A program made the position numbers and the translations under genes. The notes under the pieces are model-generated. The model ran no database searches. It was not told where the DNA came from and saw only the letters and a program-made list of their open reading frames with translations. From assembly GCA_032128375.1 (NCBI GenBank), contig JAQBGU010000068.1, positions 1 through 10,840 of the forward strand: a stretch of 10,840 bases of DNA. The letters run 5' to 3'. Of the stretch, positions 7,505-10,840 are shown piece by piece (within the stretch, counting starts at the first letter, position 1; the number at the start of each line of letters is the position of its first letter). Source of the stretch: Deltaproteobacteria bacterium. Lineage in GTDB: Bacteria > Myxococcota_A > UBA9160 > SMWR01.

Positions 7505-8107
7505 CTAATTGATCGACCGGCGATTGTCCATAGAACGACCCACCGTGATGTGGTCAGCGTATTCCAGATCACCGCCCAATGGCATTCCGTAGGCGATTCG
7601 GGTCAATCGGACGGCAGTCGACTCCAGACGCTTCGAAATGAAGTGCGCGGTGGCGTCGCCCTCCGCATTCGGATTGGTGGCCAGGATGACCTCGCGCACC
7701 ACGCCGGTCCGCAGGCGAGCCTCGAGTTCGGCGATTCGCAGCTCCTCGGGACCCACTCCGTCGATGGGCGACAAGGTTCCGCCGAGTACGTGGTAGCGGC
7801 CGGAAAATGCTCGGCTTCGCTCGATTGCGACGAGGTCGGCCGGCTCCTCGACCACACAGATCAGCGCTGCGTCGCGCTCGTCGTCCCGACAGATCCCGCA
7901 CGGCGATGCGTCCGTGAGGTCGAAGCAGATGTCGCACAACACGATCTGTTCCTTGAGCCGCCCGATTGCCTCTGAGAGCTCATCGACCACCGACGATTGC
8001 GCGCCCAATAAGAAAAACGCGAGCCGGGTGGCCGATTTCTCTCCGATCCCGGGGAGGCGCTTGAGCGCGTTGACGAGGCGCTCGATCGGAGCGGGAGTGG
8101 AGCGCAC
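7505..8107 (-). CDS. recR: Recombination mediator RecR
   Basis: HhH motif LKRLPGIGEKSATRLA, C4 zinc finger (CDIC...CGIC), Toprim features ICVVEE, YHVLGG and EVILATNPNAEGDATA, and RIAYGMPLGGDLEYAD. Start placed at GTG 8107, 4 nt after the ybaB stop (200 aa). Confidence 0.97.
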   Translation of the reverse strand: MRSTPAPIERLVNALKRLPGIGEKSATRLAFFLLGAQSSVVDELSEAIGRLKEQIVLCDICFDLTDASPCGICRDDERDAALICVVEEPADLVAIERSRAFSGRYHVLGGTLSPIDGVGPEELRIAELEARLRTGVVREVILATNPNAEGDATAHFISKRLESTAVRLTRIAYGMPLGGDLEYADHITVGRSMDNRRSIN

Positions 8108-8111
8108 CGCT

Positions 8112-8444
8112 CTACGAACCCGAACCCGAGCCGGGTACCGGCAGCTGGAAGCCAACCGAGGCGCGCTGAAATTCCGCCTGGACCATTTTTTGGGCGTTGG
8201 TCAGCGCCGCGTTTACTGCGGCAGCGGTCAGGTCTTCGATCATGCTCTGATCGCCCGAGGCCAACAGCGAGGGCTCGATTCGAATTTCCAAGATCCGAAG
8301 TTCGCCGGTTGCTTTCACGGTGACCATCCCGCCCCCGGCAGAGCCCTCGACACTGCGCCGTGCAAGGCTTTGTTGAAGGCTGACGAGCTTGGCTTGGGCC
8401 TCCTGGGCCTTTGCGAGCAGGTCGTTCATGTTGGGCTGGCTCAT
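8112..8444 (-). CDS. ybaB: YbaB/EbfC family nucleoid-associated protein
   Basis: 110 aa with VEGSAGGGMVTV and IEDL.AAAVNAA. It lies between dnaX and recR, with an ATGA overlap with dnaX at 8444-8441. Confidence 0.96.
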   Translation of the reverse strand: MSQPNMNDLLAKAQEAQAKLVSLQQSLARRSVEGSAGGGMVTVKATGELRILEIRIEPSLLASGDQSMIEDLTAAAVNAALTNAQKMVQAEFQRASVGFQLPVPGSGSGS

Positions 8445-10216
8445 TTTGGGGCTCCCGAAGCTCGGGTTTCGACAGGTCGGATTTCGACGATTTCCCCGTC
8501 CAGAATCTCGACTGCGCGGTTGACGGCGGGGTGATTCAGCGCGCGCTGACGCAGGCCCATCAGCGCATCAACGCTCAGCTCCCTGGACGCCGCGGTCTGT
8601 GACACCTCGGCTTCGGTCGTTTCGATCAGCACCTTCGTGGGTCGTCCAAAAAACTGCTCGCACAGCGACTCGAGCGACTCGAGTCGATCTCGGATTCGCT
8701 GCGCTGCAAACGGCTCCGGGACTCGAACTCGCAACTGGTTCGGGTTGCGTTCCAACAGGCGTCCCCCTCCCAGCGCACCATACAGGCCCGGGTTCCGGTT
8801 CTCGATGAACCCCCTCAGGCGATCGAAAACGACCGCGGGGGCGGCGTTGGGGCCGATGTCATCACGCTCGGGCTCAGCTGAAGCCGGCTTCCCGTGGTCC
8901 GGCGACACGGCGGGGTGGGCGGGACTGTCCCGGTTGGTGTCTGGTCTCGAGAGATGCTCGGAGCCCGGACCGGGGCCAGAGCCGGCTGGCGCGCGACGCT
9001 CGCGGGGAGCCTCGCGGCGCCCGGAATCCGAGCCGCCACCTCCACCGCCCAGTGCCCCCCCGCCTTCGCCGCGGGAGCGCCGATCCAACGCATCGAGCCT
9101 GGCTAGCAGTTGGCCCACATCGTCGCCGGGTGCCATTGTCGCTAGACGCACGACAGCCATCTCCAACACCGCGAACGGTTGCGGAGCCCACGCCAAATCC
9201 TCTTGTTCCTTGAGCAGTGCGCGGAACATCCGGCGCAGTCGACCTTCGTCGCAGCGTTCGGCGATTGCCCGCAGCTGGGCGATATCATCTTCGCTGCCTT
9301 CCACGAGACCGGGCGAGTCCGGCGCAATCCGCAGCACGACCAGGTCGCGTATCAAGCCGAGTAGATTCTCGCCGAGTCGTTTTGCGTCGGTTCCGGTCTG
9401 GCTCGCGCGCGCACAGGCTTCGAGGGCTGCCGCGCCCTGTCGATCGACACAGGCTTCGGCGATGGCCAGTAGCAAGCGCCGGTCCACCAGGTCGAGAATT
9501 TCTGCGACCTGTGCATCGTCGACCCCTGACCCCCCGAATGCAATGACCTGGTCGAGCAGCGTCTGGGCGTCGCGCAACGAGCCGTCGGCTTCGCGCGCGA
9601 TTGCCAACAGACTCGATTCAGATATCTCCATTTTCTCGACCTGGGTGATCGCACTCAGGTTGTCGACGATGATGCGCGCGGAGATGCGTCGCAGGTCGTG
9701 ACGCTGGCAGCGGGAGATCACCGTGAACGGAATCTTTTCCGGGTTGGTGGTCGCGAATACGAACAGGCTTCGCGGGGGTGGTTCCTCCAAGGTCTTGAGC
9801 AGCGCATTGAACGCGGCCGTCGACAGCATGTGGACTTCGTCGACGATGAAGATCCGGTACTTGCCTGGGGTCGGCGCGTAGCGGACGGCCTCGATCAGTT
9901 CGCGCACATCGTCGACACTCGTTCGGCTGGCGGCGTCGACTTCGCGTACATCGGTCGACGTCCCGGCAGTGACCTCGGTGCAAGAAACGCATTCGCCGCA
10001 CGGCGTGTCGGTCGGGCCCTTCTCGCAATTGACACAGCGCGCGAGGATCCGTGCCAGAGTCGTCTTGCCGGTCCCACGCGGCCCCGTCAACAGCACCGCG
10101 TGAGGGATCCGGCCGGTGCGGATTGCGTTGCGAAGCGGTGTCGTGACGTGAGCTTGACCCATCACATCATCGAAGTTCTGCGGTCGGAACTTCCGCGCCA
10201 GAACCTGGTAGCTCAC
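8441..10216 (-). CDS. dnaX: DNA polymerase III subunit gamma/tau
   Basis: SYQVLARKFRPQ N-terminus, Walker A GPRGTGKT, zinc module (C...PCGECVSC), EVDAAS, DEVHML, NALLKTLEEPP, SRC and GSLRDA, followed by a Gly/Pro-rich linker and a C-terminal domain. Start placed at GTG 10216 (591 aa), not 10453. Confidence 0.97.
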   Translation of the reverse strand: MSYQVLARKFRPQNFDDVMGQAHVTTPLRNAIRTGRIPHAVLLTGPRGTGKTTLARILARCVNCEKGPTDTPCGECVSCTEVTAGTSTDVREVDAASRTSVDDVRELIEAVRYAPTPGKYRIFIVDEVHMLSTAAFNALLKTLEEPPPRSLFVFATTNPEKIPFTVISRCQRHDLRRISARIIVDNLSAITQVEKMEISESSLLAIAREADGSLRDAQTLLDQVIAFGGSGVDDAQVAEILDLVDRRLLLAIAEACVDRQGAAALEACARASQTGTDAKRLGENLLGLIRDLVVLRIAPDSPGLVEGSEDDIAQLRAIAERCDEGRLRRMFRALLKEQEDLAWAPQPFAVLEMAVVRLATMAPGDDVGQLLARLDALDRRSRGEGGGALGGGGGGSDSGRREAPRERRAPAGSGPGPGSEHLSRPDTNRDSPAHPAVSPDHGKPASAEPERDDIGPNAAPAVVFDRLRGFIENRNPGLYGALGGGRLLERNPNQLRVRVPEPFAAQRIRDRLESLESLCEQFFGRPTKVLIETTEAEVSQTAASRELSVDALMGLRQRALNHPAVNRAVEILDGEIVEIRPVETRASGAPK

Positions 10217-10348
10217 CGTGAGACGTCGAAGTGGGGGAACGCCATGCTGCCCTTCCAATTCATGCGCTTCTGAGCTGGGTCCAATTCGCGAGGCAAGCGG
10301 GCTGTTGCGAGCCACTGCGAGTCGAAGTCCAAGCCAACTTTCGATCCA

Positions 10349-10405
10349 GTATCCATTCCAACATCCAGGCCAACATCCATTCCAACATCCAAGCCAAGGC
10401 AAGCC
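10349..10405. repeat. 12-bp tandem repeat, 4 units plus a partial copy, between ffs and dnaX
   Basis: gtatccattcca (10349-10360), acatccaggcca (10361-10372), acatccattcca (10373-10384), acatccaagcca (10385-10396), aggcaagcc (10397-10405). A related tccaagccaa sits at 10328-10337. Confidence 0.85.
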
Positions 10406-10421
10406 CCGGGAGTACCCTATC

Positions 10422-10561
10422 GACTCACATCGAGAACCGGGATCGCAGGGCACCCCACTCGCAACCGAATCTCCGCTACCGCTGCTTCCTTCCGGATCTG
10501 ACGGGGTTCACGAAGCTCGTGATCGAGCGGGACCCTGCGATCGCGGCTCCCGACTTGAGCC
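10422..10561 (-). ncRNA. ffs: Signal recognition particle RNA (small bacterial SRP, 4.5S type)
   Basis: The minus strand carries the domain IV motif CGUCAGAUCCGGAAGGAAGCAGCGG inside a long hairpin (GGGAGCCGCGAUCGCAGGG pairs with CCCUGCGAUCCCGGUUCUC). The tRNA-Ser / ffs / dnaX order is typical. Ends are inferred from the promoter and terminal pairing. Confidence 0.95.
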
Positions 10562-10566
10562 GATCG

Positions 10567-10595
10567 ACTCTACTCGGCCGACCCGGGAGGGTCAA
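10567..10595 (-). promoter_or_regulatory. Sigma70-type promoter of ffs
   Basis: Minus strand TTGACC (10595-10590), 17-nt spacer, TAGAGT (10572-10567). The predicted start at about 10561-10560 coincides with the base of the SRP hairpin. Confidence 0.8.
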
Positions 10596-10765
10596 TCAGA
10601 CGCTCGTGGCACAAAACCCCGCATCGTGAATCTGTAGGTTGCCAGCAACGAGACCGACCTGCCCTCCGAGCGGCGACGAGTTGGAAGCGTTCGCAGCGAA
10701 TCGGTGAACGAGCAACCGGTCCGGTCCGCGCCCGAGGCGGGAAGTGCGAGGCAGAGCGAGTTTTA

Positions 10766-10840
10766 TGGCGGAGAGGGTGGGATTTGAACCCACGGTACCC
10801 TTGCGAGTACACCTGATTTCGAGTCAGGCACGTTCAACCG
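10766..10840 (-). tRNA. tRNA-Ser(CGA), 5' end outside the window
   Basis: Minus strand: anticodon arm CCTGA-CTCGAAA-TCAGG (CGA at 10821-10819), long variable arm GTACTC-GCAA-GGGTAC, T-arm GTGGG-TTCAAAT-CCCAC, and 3' end CTCTCC-G-CCA with encoded CCA. Confidence 0.97.

Noticed and set aside
9055..9061. G7 run (minus strand) in the dnaX linker as a possible gamma/tau frameshift site
   Set aside because: It encodes part of a Gly-rich linker (GGC GGG GGG GCA) and does not fit the A AAA AAG -1 motif or an A/T-run slippage site. Both alternative frames stay open for tens of codons rather than stopping promptly.
7229..10273. Plus-strand ORFs 7229-7975, 7914-8534, 8637-9701 and 9698-10273
   Set aside because: Antisense shadows of recR, ybaB and dnaX.
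10217..10453. 79-codon in-frame N-terminal extension of dnaX with Trp/Cys repeats (GCWNGCWPGCWNGYW)
   Set aside because: It begins inside the SRP RNA and is simply the translation of the 12-bp repeat. The conserved DnaX N-terminus starts at GTG 10216.
10596..10790. tRNA-Ser 3' end as an integration site, or the tRNA-ffs spacer as an SRP Alu domain
   Set aside because: I found no duplicate of the tRNA 3' end and no integrase. A good promoter at 10567-10595 separates this spacer from the SRP hairpin.

Overview
This is a GC-rich bacterial housekeeping region. The close resemblance of MglA and MglB to the Myxococcus proteins suggests Myxococcota or a related 'deltaproteobacterial' lineage (inference). 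Reading the minus strand from the right edge: tRNA-Ser(CGA) (5' end cut off), ffs (SRP RNA) with a clear sigma70-type promoter, dnaX, ybaB/ebfC, recR, mglB, mglA and an alpha/beta-hydrolase-fold gene. A single plus-strand spermidine-synthase-like SAM methyltransferase follows, then priA, def and fmt on the minus strand. I see no mobile element, CRISPR array or defence system. Four things stand out: (1) the hydrolase-fold gene 39 nt behind mglA has Phe at the catalytic Ser position (GVFMGG) while Asp and His are intact, making it a candidate pseudoenzyme partner of the MglAB switch; (2) a GGA-rich 12-bp tandem array lies between ffs and dnaX; (3) the SRP RNA hairpin appears extended to about 140 nt; (4) short imperfect tandem duplications occur in several intergenic spacers. 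All functional interpretations are hypotheses, and no searches or folding programs were run.
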